Below, piece after piece: positions 28,601 through 40,600 of a stretch of 64,000 nt of DNA. Both the position numbers and the translations under genes were made by a program. The DNA comes from Hypanus sabinus (Eukaryota). The stretch spans positions 4,216,001 through 4,280,000 of the forward strand of contig NC_082717.1 in the NCBI RefSeq assembly GCF_030144855.1, read 5' to 3'. The notes beneath the pieces were generated by a model. The model searched no databases. It was given only the letters and a program-made list of their open reading frames with translations, and had not been told where the DNA came from. Position 1 is the first letter of the stretch, and every line of letters begins with the position of its first letter.

Positions 28601-31600
28601 ACTCGTTAGAGTCTGTGATTACTAGAAATTAATAGTGTTTATTAGGAAGGAGAGAGAGGGGGAGAGAGAAGGGGAGATCATCCGAGTCCAACCCTGGACG
28701 TTTTAGCTGCCAATCTATTTCTCATCTTGGCTCTGTGCCTCCATAAACTCCTTCCTCACTCCAAAATGTCCACCTAGGGGTGGCTAATGGGCAAGGCTCA
28801 AAATCTCGTTCCTTGATGACCCTAAATTAGCCTCATCTCTGTTACTTTCCTTAGCCCCACTATTCTCCATTTTACCACCCACTAACCCCTCTTGGTACGG
28901 GGCTGATAAATACGTCTTAGCTAAATCAATGCTGGACTCCTTAAAACTGGCGCCTGTCTCTGCCGCTTTTCTGGCCATGCGTCGAGTTACAGTGCAGGCG
29001 GGATTAACTTCAGAAACTATGGGTGTGTCCTCTGTTATGGCAGGCTTGCTAGTCAGCTTCACTGCTGGGTACATGTCCCCACCTGCCAGGTTGTTCCCAA
29101 TCAAGACATCTATCTCCGGTATAAGGAGTGCAGACCGTACCCTTATCGTGACTGGTCTGGATACCAAATCACATGTCAAAAATACTTTATGTAGCTGTAT
29201 GGCCTTGGTCCTTTTTCCAACCCCTTCTATCATGTTCACGTCACCAGTATCTGTCTCACTGTTGAATTCCAACACTCTGCTTAAGATTAAGGACTGAAAA
29301 ACCCCAGTGTCTCTCCAGATTCTTACTGGCACTGGGGGTGACCCCTCCCTTACAGATACCAACCCGGTTGAAAGGAATTTCTCACATCCCTCCTGAACTC
29401 GGTTTAGCTCCTCTGCTTTTACTGGCACTTCAACCTGCTTAACACAGCCTGTTGGCGCGGTCGCCTTTCCTTTCCCTGTCTCCTTCTTTGGAGCAAAGCA
29501 CCGAGACACAATATGACCGGCCTTCCTGCAATTAAAGCACACAATACTAGGAGACCTCCTGCCAGACTGTTTCCCATCCTCTTTACCCTTTTCACTAGTC
29601 CCCGGCTTACTCTCTGGCTCATCCAGTGGACTTTCTCTGCCCTCTCTACTACCCTTCTCATAGCCCTTACTCGAGGCAAACTTTGCTTTGTGTGTTAATG
29701 CATACTCATCTGCTAACTTAGCAGTTGTGGCTAAAGTTTCTGTCTCTTTCTCATCTAGATAGGTCTGCATACCTTTAGGGACACAACCTTTGAACTGCTC
29801 AATCAGCAATAGCTGTAGCAGTTTGTTATAATCCCCAGTGACCCCTTTTGAGGTGCACCAATGCTCACAATACATTTGCATCTCATGGGCAAACTCTAAA
29901 TATGTGCAGTCCCACTGCTTCCTCACATTCCGGAACCTTTGCCGGTATGCCTTCATAGATCCTGGGCATTGCCTCTATTACCATATCATACTTCTTTGCA
30001 TCTGCTGCTGACAATGCCGAGTAAGCTTGCTGGGCCTTCCCCTTAAGCACACTCTGGAGTAAAACAGCCCATTTATCCCTGGGCCAGTCCTGACTTACAG
30101 TGACCTTTTCGACATGTAGAAAATACCGATCAGCATCGGTCTCCTCAAACGGGGGGACCAACTTAATCTCCTGGGTCGTCTTGAACCCTCCACCTAGGTC
30201 CGGCATTCAGCTCGCCTCTCGCGTTATCTTTAACTTCTCCAGCTCAAACTCCCTTTCTCACGCCTTCTAACCTTCCTCCCTTTTGCATTCATTTTCTCTC
30301 TCCTCCTTTTCTAGCTGCTTTACTCGTAACTCATGCTCGAGCCCTAATTTTTCCATCTGCAGCTGAACGGCAGCCCAACCAGGTTTGCCCACAGACACCA
30401 CCTCCAGGTCCCCTTCGGGAAACACATTCTTAGACACAATGCTCAATGATGGTTCTTTATATCTCTGATCTCCTCATTGACTGCTTCCCCGTCAAAAGGT
30501 TCAACCGTTTTGCAACACTCTCCAAGTTTGATTTCTTAGCCTCCTCTAATGCCTCCAAAGTTGGCGCCTGGAGAAATTTCTCAATCTCCATTTCTGCTGT
30601 TTGTATTTTTTGTGGGTTTTTTTTTTTCAGATACAGCAATTTAACCCAATCAATTCAACCAGTCCCTATTTTACCTTTCCAAATCCCGGATGAGCCCCCA
30701 CTTATGTTACGTACCCTGTAACTGGGTTGTCAAACCAACAGGAATAGAACACTCATTGGACTCTGTAATTACTAGAAACTAATAATGTTTATTAGTAACT
30801 TAAGTAATACAGTACACTAAAGGCAAGGATATAAATATAACAGATTAACAATGATAATATACACATATACACAGAAATATGGGAATAGGAATCTGCCAAT
30901 CTCTATCGAAGTCTAGGGGGAAATGATCAGTCATCAAGTGAAGCAGAGTTCAGTTCAGTTTAGAGTAGTTTCAGGTAGTTGTTTCATACCATTGGGGGGG
31001 GGGGAAGGGAGAGAGAGGGAGAGGGAGAGAGAGAGATATTTCAGACAAATGTTCCATTGTCTTCTTGTCCCATGGTGGTCACTGACTGTCACTCCTCTGT
31101 TCCAGATCCGATCATTGTCCCATTGTAGTCACCGACTGTGACTCCTCCATTCTAGATGCGACCATTCTTCCATGGTGAACCCGCCACCCAGCCAAGGGTG
31201 GATACACAACAGGTCCCCACCCTGTGAGCCTCTGACCGATTCCCATGAATCGGTCCTCCAAACTCCCATCGACTTGTGGGGGCACAATGCTCTTTTCAGG
31301 GTCTCTTGGCATATCTGCGGTGTCTTAGCAAACCCGCTATTTTCTCCCCCCCCCCGATGGGGTATCACCTGTCCATCAAACTTCTCCGCTTCCTTTTGTC
31401 TCAGCAGAAGTGTTAATGAGCAATTCATGTTCAAAGCAAAGTGTCCGTGGTGGTATCACTGCATACGCCAAAATATTGAATTACGTGTCTCTCTCTCATT
31501 ATTTCTCTCTCATTAGCATTTTGAATAGCTCTCCCTTATCTCAATCTTTTTAGCAGCATCCGTTCTGCACCTCTGCTTGGCTTCACACATAACAGTATGC

Positions 31601-34600
31601 CTTTATCAAATTTCTTCTCAGTCTTCTACATTCTAAAGAATATATCCTAACCTATTCAATCTTTCCTTATAACTCAGGTTATCCAGACCTGGCAACATTC
31701 TTGTAAATTTCTCTGCATTCTTTCAACCTTGTTTACATCCTTCCATCCTTATGTAGCTAATTAAAACTGCACACAATACTTCAAATTATGTCTCGCCAAC
31801 ATCTTAACTAACCTCAAGACAACATCCAGTCTGCTGTACTCAATACATTGATTTATGAAGTTCAATATACCAGAAGCCCTCTTTATGATCCTATCCACCT
31901 GTGACACCACTTTGAACAAATAATGGCCTTGTATTCCCAGGTCTTGTTGCTCTACTACACTCATCAGTGCTAGCTGGAATAGCAGGGCAGCTAGAATGAA
32001 TATGTGGCTTGAGCAGTGGTGCAAGAGGGAGGTTTTCAGATTCTTGGGGCATTGGAACCACTTCTGGGGGAGGTGGGACTAGTACCATCTGGATGGCCTA
32101 CATCTGGGCAGGGCCGGATTCAACTAATATGGCAGGGGGGTGGGAACCCACACAGAAAAGAAGAGGGAAGTGATGCAGAGACCAAAGCTAGAGTTAGTGA
32201 AGAAAAACGTAACAGTAGAGTACATAAAAGTAAAAAGCAAAAATTGCATAGTTCACTAGATTCTAAAAGGACAATGAGTAGATGGGCACTTTATCTAAAT
32301 GCCCATAGTATTGGAAACAAGGTTAGTGAACTTGTGGCACAGATCAGTACCAAGGCTTATGATTCATTGGCCATTAAAGAAACCTGGTTGCAAGGTGGAG
32401 ATGACTGGGAATTAAATATCCAAGTGTATCAGGTAATACAGAGATAGGCAGGAAGGCAGAGGAGGTGGGGTGGCGCTCTGAATTAAGAATGAAATCAGGG
32501 CAATTGTGAGAGACGATGTAAGATCTATGGAGCAGAATGTTAAGTCCATCTTGGTAGAGATTAAGAATAGTAAAAGGATAAAATCACTGGTGGGAGTTGT
32601 CTGTAGACCATCTAATAAAAATATTGCTGTGGCCAAGGTGATTAACCAAGAAATAACCAAGTCTTGTAAGAATGGAACGGCAGTTGTCAAGTGGGATTTT
32701 AACTTCCACATAAATTGAGTGAATCAGGTTGGTCAAGGAAGTTTTGAGGAGGACTTCATAGAATGCATCCATGATGGCTTTCTTGAGCAGCATGTTCATG
32801 AACCTACAAGGGCAAATGCCACCTTAGATCTAGTCATTTGCAATGAGACAGGTAAGATTAACAATCTTGTAGTCAGGGATCCTCTTGGAAAGAGTGATCA
32901 TAGTAAGAATTGAATTGAAAATACCCGTGGACTAAGATGTTAACTGTCCTGTGCTATCATCAGTGGGATCATCAGTTGATCTGCCACCTGTCTTCAGGAG
33001 TTTCGGCCCGCTTATGATCAAGACTCCCTCAAGGTGGTGGGCCAGCAGTGCTAAAGCACCACCTCCTACTGATGAGCTTAACAATTTGACATCGACCTCT
33101 ATCAGAGTTGTTGGTCGCTTCCATCCAACAGATAGTCTACTCTTCAGGGATCTCTGCAGCTACTGAAGAGTTTACAAAAGATGGATACACCGTCAGACTA
33201 TCTGCCCCTCTGGACGTACTTAGTCCACACCCATGATGATCCTGCCTCTGCTGCCTCAGCTACAGCCCTGCTGGTTGACTTGATCTCTCTTCTAGTAAAG
33301 CCAAGGTCACGCAGCCACTTCTGAAAAGTGGACGCAATAAAGCCACGGCACCCTTCTTCGAATGGATAACATGAGACCTTCCACCCTCTGTCTCTGCACT
33401 CTGATCTTAATTTTGCATACTTGTTTAACTTGCACTCATGGGCTTCATCGATGTTGTCTTCCCTGGGGACTGTGAGATCACCAATAACCACTTCTCTACT
33501 GGTGTTAGACCAGACGATTATATCTGGACGCAATGTGTTGAAAACTATTTGCTCCAAGAAACTGCCTTTCCCATCCAGGTTGGCTTTGACACACCAATCA
33601 CTGGCTGGAGAAAGTATGCTTGATCATGGGCCTGCGCTGCCACCTCAACAATCTAAGGTCTCTCCTCAACCTACTAATCTCGTTCTGGCGCCTGCTTGGT
33701 TGCTGTGTAGGCTTTGCTTTCTTCAACTCAACTAAACCAACTTTACTTTCCAACAATATAAATCATATCGCCCATCATTCCAACTTTCTATTTGATGTTG
33801 CCCTGAGAGTGTTCTCCAACATCATACTGGTATCTTCATCAAACACACACCAAGCCTTCTCATCTGCCATTGCTGGCCACTTGACCTTCCTCGTCTTCTC
33901 TACCACCTCACCACCGCCATCATGCGAAGGATCTACCTGGGTACTGTGGTCTGCAACCTGACCTGGGTTATCTCTCGTCTGACCAGGAGTATGATGACTC
34001 TCTCCAGAGTGAATCACTGTGGCTTGTGTATCAGTGTTTGAAAAGACCACATCTTCTGTGCTTGGTGAAGTAATTTCATCTTCATCCACTGGGATGGAAT
34101 AGCACTTCAACTTTGCTTGGTGGACTCGTAAACCTTTAATACAGGTAAACGCTCTCCCACACCAACACATTGGACACTCAGAGCCTCTTATCCTAGCTCT
34201 TGGTCGTAGTCGTTCCCTGTAATTAACTGTATCCATCCAGTTGGGTCCATCATTCTCCCGCCCTCTTGGAGGACCTCGGGGGCATGTTTCTCCATGTAAA
34301 CTAGAAGCTTCAAGAAATGGGTGCTCTTCTGAGCTGGTGCCTGGACTGCCAATCCTGACACCCCCAGTGCCAGTCTTTCCTGGATGTCTGCTGTCTCTCA
34401 ACACTGCCACCGGACTATTCCCGGTTGCCAACCAGACTATTCGTGGTAGTCACTGGTGTCCAGAACAAACAAATTGAAAATACACGTGCATTGAATACAC
34501 GTGTGATTGAATTTTACATACAGATGGAGGATGAAATAGTTAGATCTAAAACTAGTGTATTATGCTTGAATAAGGGAGACTACAATGGGATGAGAGAGGA

Positions 34601-37600
34601 GTTGGCTAATGTGGATTGGGAGCACAGGCTATTTGGTAGGATAGTTGAGGAATAGTGGAATACTTTCAAAGAAATTTTTGACAGTGCTCAACAAAAGTAT
34701 ATTACAGTCAAAAGTAAGTGTGGGGAGAGCCAGCCTTGGATAACTAGGGAAATAAAAGATAGTATTAAATTAAAAGCTCATAATTACAAAGTTGCAAAGA
34801 TTAGTGGAAGACTGGAGGATTGGGAAAACATTTTTTTTTTAATTTTTCGTGCCAAATCACCCACCTCGGGAAAACTTTTAAAAGCAAGAAAGAACAACTA
34901 AACAAGAAATAAGGGAAGGGAAGATAGAATATGAAAGTAAATTAACACAAAATATAAAAGCTGATAGCAAAAGTTTTTATAAAAATATAAAGCAGAAGAG
35001 GGTGGCTAAAGTCAACACAGATTCCTTAGAAGACAAGAAGGGGTAATTGGTATTCAGTGATAAGGAAATGGCCGAGGCATTGAATGACTATTTTGTGTCG
35101 GTCTTCACGATGGAGGACATGTTGAATATGCCAAAGTAAGATGTTCTGGACAAAATGGAAGGTGAGGACCTCAATAAAATCACTGTCACTAAAGAGACAG
35201 TGATAAGAAAACTAGAGTTCCTGAAGGTAGATAAGTCCCCTGATCCTGATGGGATACATCCCATCATGGTACTGAAGGAATTGGTGAAAGTTATAGTAGA
35301 CGCGTTGCTAATCACTTATCAAAACTCTCTACACTCTGGGCTGGTCCCGGTGGATTGGAACACAGCAAATGTAATGCCACTTTTTAAAAACGGATGTAAG
35401 CAAAAGACGGGCAACTATAGGCCAGTTAGCTTAATATCTGTAGTCTGGAAAATGCTTGAAGCTGTCATTATGGAAGAAATGGTGAAACTTTTTGAAAGGA
35501 GAGGTTCCATTAGACAGACACAGCATGGATTCAGAAAGGGCACTTCCAGTTTAACAAACTTACTGGAGTTCTTTGAGGACATAATGAGTGCAGTGGATAG
35601 TGAGGAACAGATGGATGCCGTACACTTGGATTTCCAGAAGGCATTCAATAAGGTGCCGTACAAGGGACTTATAAATAAGATATGGATGCATGGACTTGGA
35701 GGAAGTGCATTGGCATGGATAGTGGATTGTTTAACCAATAGAATGCAGAGAGTTGGTATATATGGGTGTTTCTCCGGTTGGCAGTCAGCAGTGAGTGGGG
35801 TGCCGCAGGGGTCGGTGCTAGGCCCACAGCTGTTTGCCATTTACATTGATCATTTGGAAGAGGGGACTGAGTGTACCATAGCAAAATTTGCTGATGAGAC
35901 TAAACTGAGTGGAAAAACAAATTGTACAGAGGATGTGGAGAGTCTGCAGGGGGAGATACATAGGTTAAGTGAGTGGGTCAAGGTCTGGCAGAGGGAATAC
36001 AACATTATTAAATGTGAGATCATCCACTTTGGAAGTAATAATAGAAGAGTGGGTTATTATTTAAATGGTGAAAGATTGCAGCATGCTGTTGTGCAGGCGG
36101 ACTTGAGAGTGCTTGTTCATGAATCACAAAAAAAAAATGGCTTTCAGGTGCAACAGGTTATTAAGAAGGCAAATGGAATTTTGGTCTTCATTGCTAGAGG
36201 GATTGGATTCAAGAGCAGAGAGGTCATGCTGCCACTATACAGGGTACAGGTGAGGCCACACCTGGAATATTGTGTGCAGTCTGGTCTCCATACTTGAGGA
36301 AGGATATATTGACTTTGGAGGCAGTTCAGAGGAAGTTCACCTGGTTGATTCCAGGGATGAAAAGGTTAACTTATGAGGACAGATTGAGTTGCCTGAGACT
36401 ATACTCTCTGGAATTCAGAAGAATGACAGGGGATCTTATAGAAACATACAGAATTTTTAAAGGGAGAGATACGATGGAGGTAGGAAAGTTGTTTCCATTG
36501 TAAGGTGAGACTAGAATGAGGGGACGTTGCCTCAGGATTCAGGGGAGAAGATTTAGGATGGAGATGAGGAGAAACTGTTTTTCCCAGAGAGTGGTGAATC
36601 TGTGGAATTTTCTGCCAGGGAAGCAGTTGAGGCTTCTTCACTAAATGTATTTAAAATACAGTTAGATAGGTTTTTACATAGTAAGGGAATTAAGGGTTAT
36701 GGGGAAAAGGCAGGTAGATGGAGTTGAGTTTACAGACAGATCAACCATGATCTTATTGAATGGTGGGGCAGGTTTGATGGGCCGGATGGCCTACTCCTGC
36801 TCCTTTTTCTTACGTTCTTATGCTTTCTTAACCACAGAGACTCACCTGCGCAACAGCCAGATACTTGCCAGATAGTTTCCTTTTTTCTTCTTTTTTTTTC
36901 CACAGAGCACAAGAAAGTGTATATAAAAGGTCACACAATATTTTTAAAAACTACCAATTACATTATATCTATTCATAATAGCGATCTCATTACTCTGTAT
37001 TCATATAAGTTAATCAATAGTGATATTGAAATATACTATTTTATTGCATAAAAAAAGAATCTAACCCCTACCAAGTTTGAAGCTGTTTATTAAGGAGAAA
37101 AGAAGGCAAAATACCTTCTCATGTAATAAAAATTGGTAATAGTCAACATCTGAGTTTAAACAGCGAATTGAAGGTTTTGAAAATAATTCAGAAAAGTTCT
37201 CCACAATGTTTGAAAGTCTTGACGAGATTCAGAAATTGAACGACGAATCTTCTCTAAATCTAAACATGACATAATGTCGCATAACCATTGAGCATGAGTC
37301 GGAGGAAGAACACCTTTCCACTTAAACAAAAGTGTCCTCCTGGCTATAAGAGATCTTGTGGTGAACTACATATACCTGTCTAGACACGCCCCCTGCTGAC
37401 TGCTCCTGTGGCTCCTTCCTCAGACCCCTGTATAAAGGCGATTGAGGTCTGAGCCTGGCCGCTCTGTCTCCAGGATGTAGTATGGTGGTCAACCACTGCT
37501 CGTTCCTTCCTCTAATCAATAAAAGCTGATATCTCGCCTTTACATCTCAGAGAGAGTTATTGAAGGTGCATCAGATCTAATTGCTAAAATATGCAAATCA

Positions 37601-40600
37601 GATGCCTTATAAAATTCTCCAGAAAATCTTTCTGGACCCGGAGCCTTCCCCAGGTGTAACAAACGTGTAGCCTTGGCAATTTCCTCATAAGAAATGGGTT
37701 GATCCATCTGTTTACAATTATCTGCAGAAAGTGCAGGGATATTTAACTGATCTAGAAAATAATTCATTACAGTATTATCTTTAGAGAAATCAGAACTATA
37801 AAGTATAGAATAGAATTCTCTGAAGGTATCATATATTTCAGAGTGATCAGTTGTCCTATCACCATTAGTTTTGCAAATTTCTTTAATTCATCGTTTAACT
37901 ACAGAAGTTTTTAATTGGATGGCCAAGACTTTGCCTCATTTATCTCCGTGAATGTAAAATTGAGTTTTATCTTCAAGAAGGTGAGTTTCAATTGGATATG
38001 TTAACAGAAGATAATATTTAGTTTTAACTTCAACACGTCTTTGATATAAAACAGGATCTGGAGCTATAGCACATTTTTGATCTAATTGTTTCAATTGATT
38101 GGCTAATTCAATTCTTTCTTTATTAGCTTTATTCTTAACATTTGCAGTCTAACAAATAATTTTTCCTCTAATATAGGCCTTTAAATTATCCCATACAATA
38201 AGATTAGACGTCTCTTAAGTCTCTTCCTTTTTATACTCTTTAAAAAACAAAATAATATGCCTCTCTAGATATCTTAAAAATTCCTTATCAGATAACAAAG
38301 TTGTATTAAAACACCAAATTCTGTGTGTTTGAGGAAGACCAGGGAGATTTAAAGATAGAAATACAAGAGCATGATCTGAAACATCAACCTCTTTATATTC
38401 ACTGGAATGAACTGATGAAATCATTTGAGTATCAATAAAAAAAAATCAGTCCTGGAATATGTATGATGAACATGGGGAAAAAAACAAGTATCCCCTATCT
38501 AAAGGATTTAAGAAATGCCAAACATCAACTATACCACATTTCAATAAAAAAGATTGAATAAACAAAGCTGATTTATTAAGAGACACTGGTTTAGAAGGTA
38601 ATCGGTCTAAAATTGGGTTTAGCCAGCAGTTAAAATCTCCTCCCATCACCAAAGAATAAAGATTCAGATCTGGTAAAGAAAAACAAAAAAAAAAAAAAAA
38701 ATGCTCAAAGAATCTTGGATCATCTACATTTGGAGCATACACATTGGCAAATACTATTAATTTATTATCTAGTTTTCCTGAAACTATAACAAAACATCCA
38801 TTACTACCAGACACCACTTTATGTTGGACAAAGGAAAGTGCATTATCTATAAGAATCAAAACTCCTCTAGATTTGGCCTGAAAAGATGAATAAAAACAAA
38901 ATCTGTTCCAATGGCTAAAAAAAACATAGATAACATTTGTGTATGAGAGTTTCTTGTAAAAAAAAAGTAATAGGGACCTTAAATGTCCTAATATAAGCAA
39001 AATTCTTATGATGTTTGAAAGGGTGATTTAACCGTTTCATGTCAAAATTGAGTAAATTAATAGTTTGGTCCATTTTTAGTATTATTTAAAGGAAAGTTTA
39101 AAATGTAAGTTAAAATCAATCCATAAACATTGAGAAATGGTAACCAAACAACAAGTTGGCTAAAAAACATTTGAAAACAGCTTCTGAGAAAAAAATACAT
39201 CCCCCTGGCCACATCCCAAAAGAAGAAAACCGACCATTAGAAAGCTAATGGTTTCAACTATGGACAACCCCCCAAAAAACCTGGCGATCGCTCCAATTAG
39301 TTTCAAGGTTGTTTATATTCCAACTTAGACTAAACAATATCCAAACAAGAAATTCAATTCTCGTAAATCAAAAACACAGTGTTAAAAACATACAAAAGGA
39401 AATTAGTTACAAAGGTTTACCAAAAGTAAAAATACTAAGTTCAAAGAAGTTATGTCTGAGTTTTTTAACATGGGTTTTAAACCTTCCCTTCACAATCCAG
39501 CTCATCTCAGACTCACACTTAAAAATGTTTTTTTTCGAATGGTTTCATTTGACTGTTGAAACACAAAGGTTTTTAAAATCTGAAGACTAGCTGTTTAGTT
39601 TGTCATGACATGAAGACACAAGATTAAATGAGAAACTTTTAATTTGCAAATCCCGTTGAAGGGGCATGATTCGTTATAGGGTGGAATATTAAGATTCTCG
39701 ACGACTATTCGCTTGAGGTTATGCAGGAATGTGCTAAGTTTAAAACTTCGTTGGAATTTTTTTAACAAGAGTTTTAACCCGTCCCTTGGCTACCCAGGTT
39801 AACTGAGAATCTCATTAAAGATGGACTCTTTGAATGGCTTCATTTAAATGCTGAAGCAGAAAGATTTTTTTTAATTTGAAAGCTAACTGCTAACTGCTTA
39901 GCCTGTTTTTTTCATGAAGATATAAGATTAACTGTTTAATGTCTTTCTGTATGAAAAATGGCCCAGTAGTTTCTGATGCCATCAAAGTTGGGCTTTCTCC
40001 AATTTAGAATCTCAACTCATGAACCTGACCTTATTTTGAAACTAAAGTGATGCAAACACAAGATGCAAAGTGTTCTCCTACACAAACTTCTGACACCTGC
40101 CCTGTCTCATTCTGATAGCAGATCCAGTGTCGTACACTCTTTCATTGGGATTTCTTCGTATGAATGAAGGAAACTTTCCTGAATGTTTTTGACAAACTAT
40201 CCAACCTATTCCTTTTACAGTGTAGGGTTTCCAGTAAATATGTGGAAAGTTAAACTCACCCATTAAAAGAAGCTTATGTTTCTTTCAACAGTCTGCTATC
40301 TCTTCTCTGTTCTTTTAAATCCCAAGTACTGTTGGGTTGTCTGTAATGCAGCTTCATTAACATGGTCATATCTTTCTTTTTCTTCAGTTCCACCCATAGC
40401 GCCTCACTGGACAAGTTCTGCAGTCTGCCCTGACAAAGTACAGCCATGCCTTTTTACCTGACCATTAAAGCCACCCATCCTCCTTTAATTCCTCCTGCTT
40501 TGTCACATCTAAAACAACAGAACCCTGGAATACTGAGCTGCTAATCCTGTTCCTCCTGCAAACAAGTCTCACTAATGGCTACAGTATCATAATTCTATGT

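Noticed and set aside
32940-33075. Hammerhead ribozyme in the HERO-like 3' UTR (GAAA and CTGATGA on the minus strand)
   Set aside because: Stem II cannot close and there is no NUH at the expected position.
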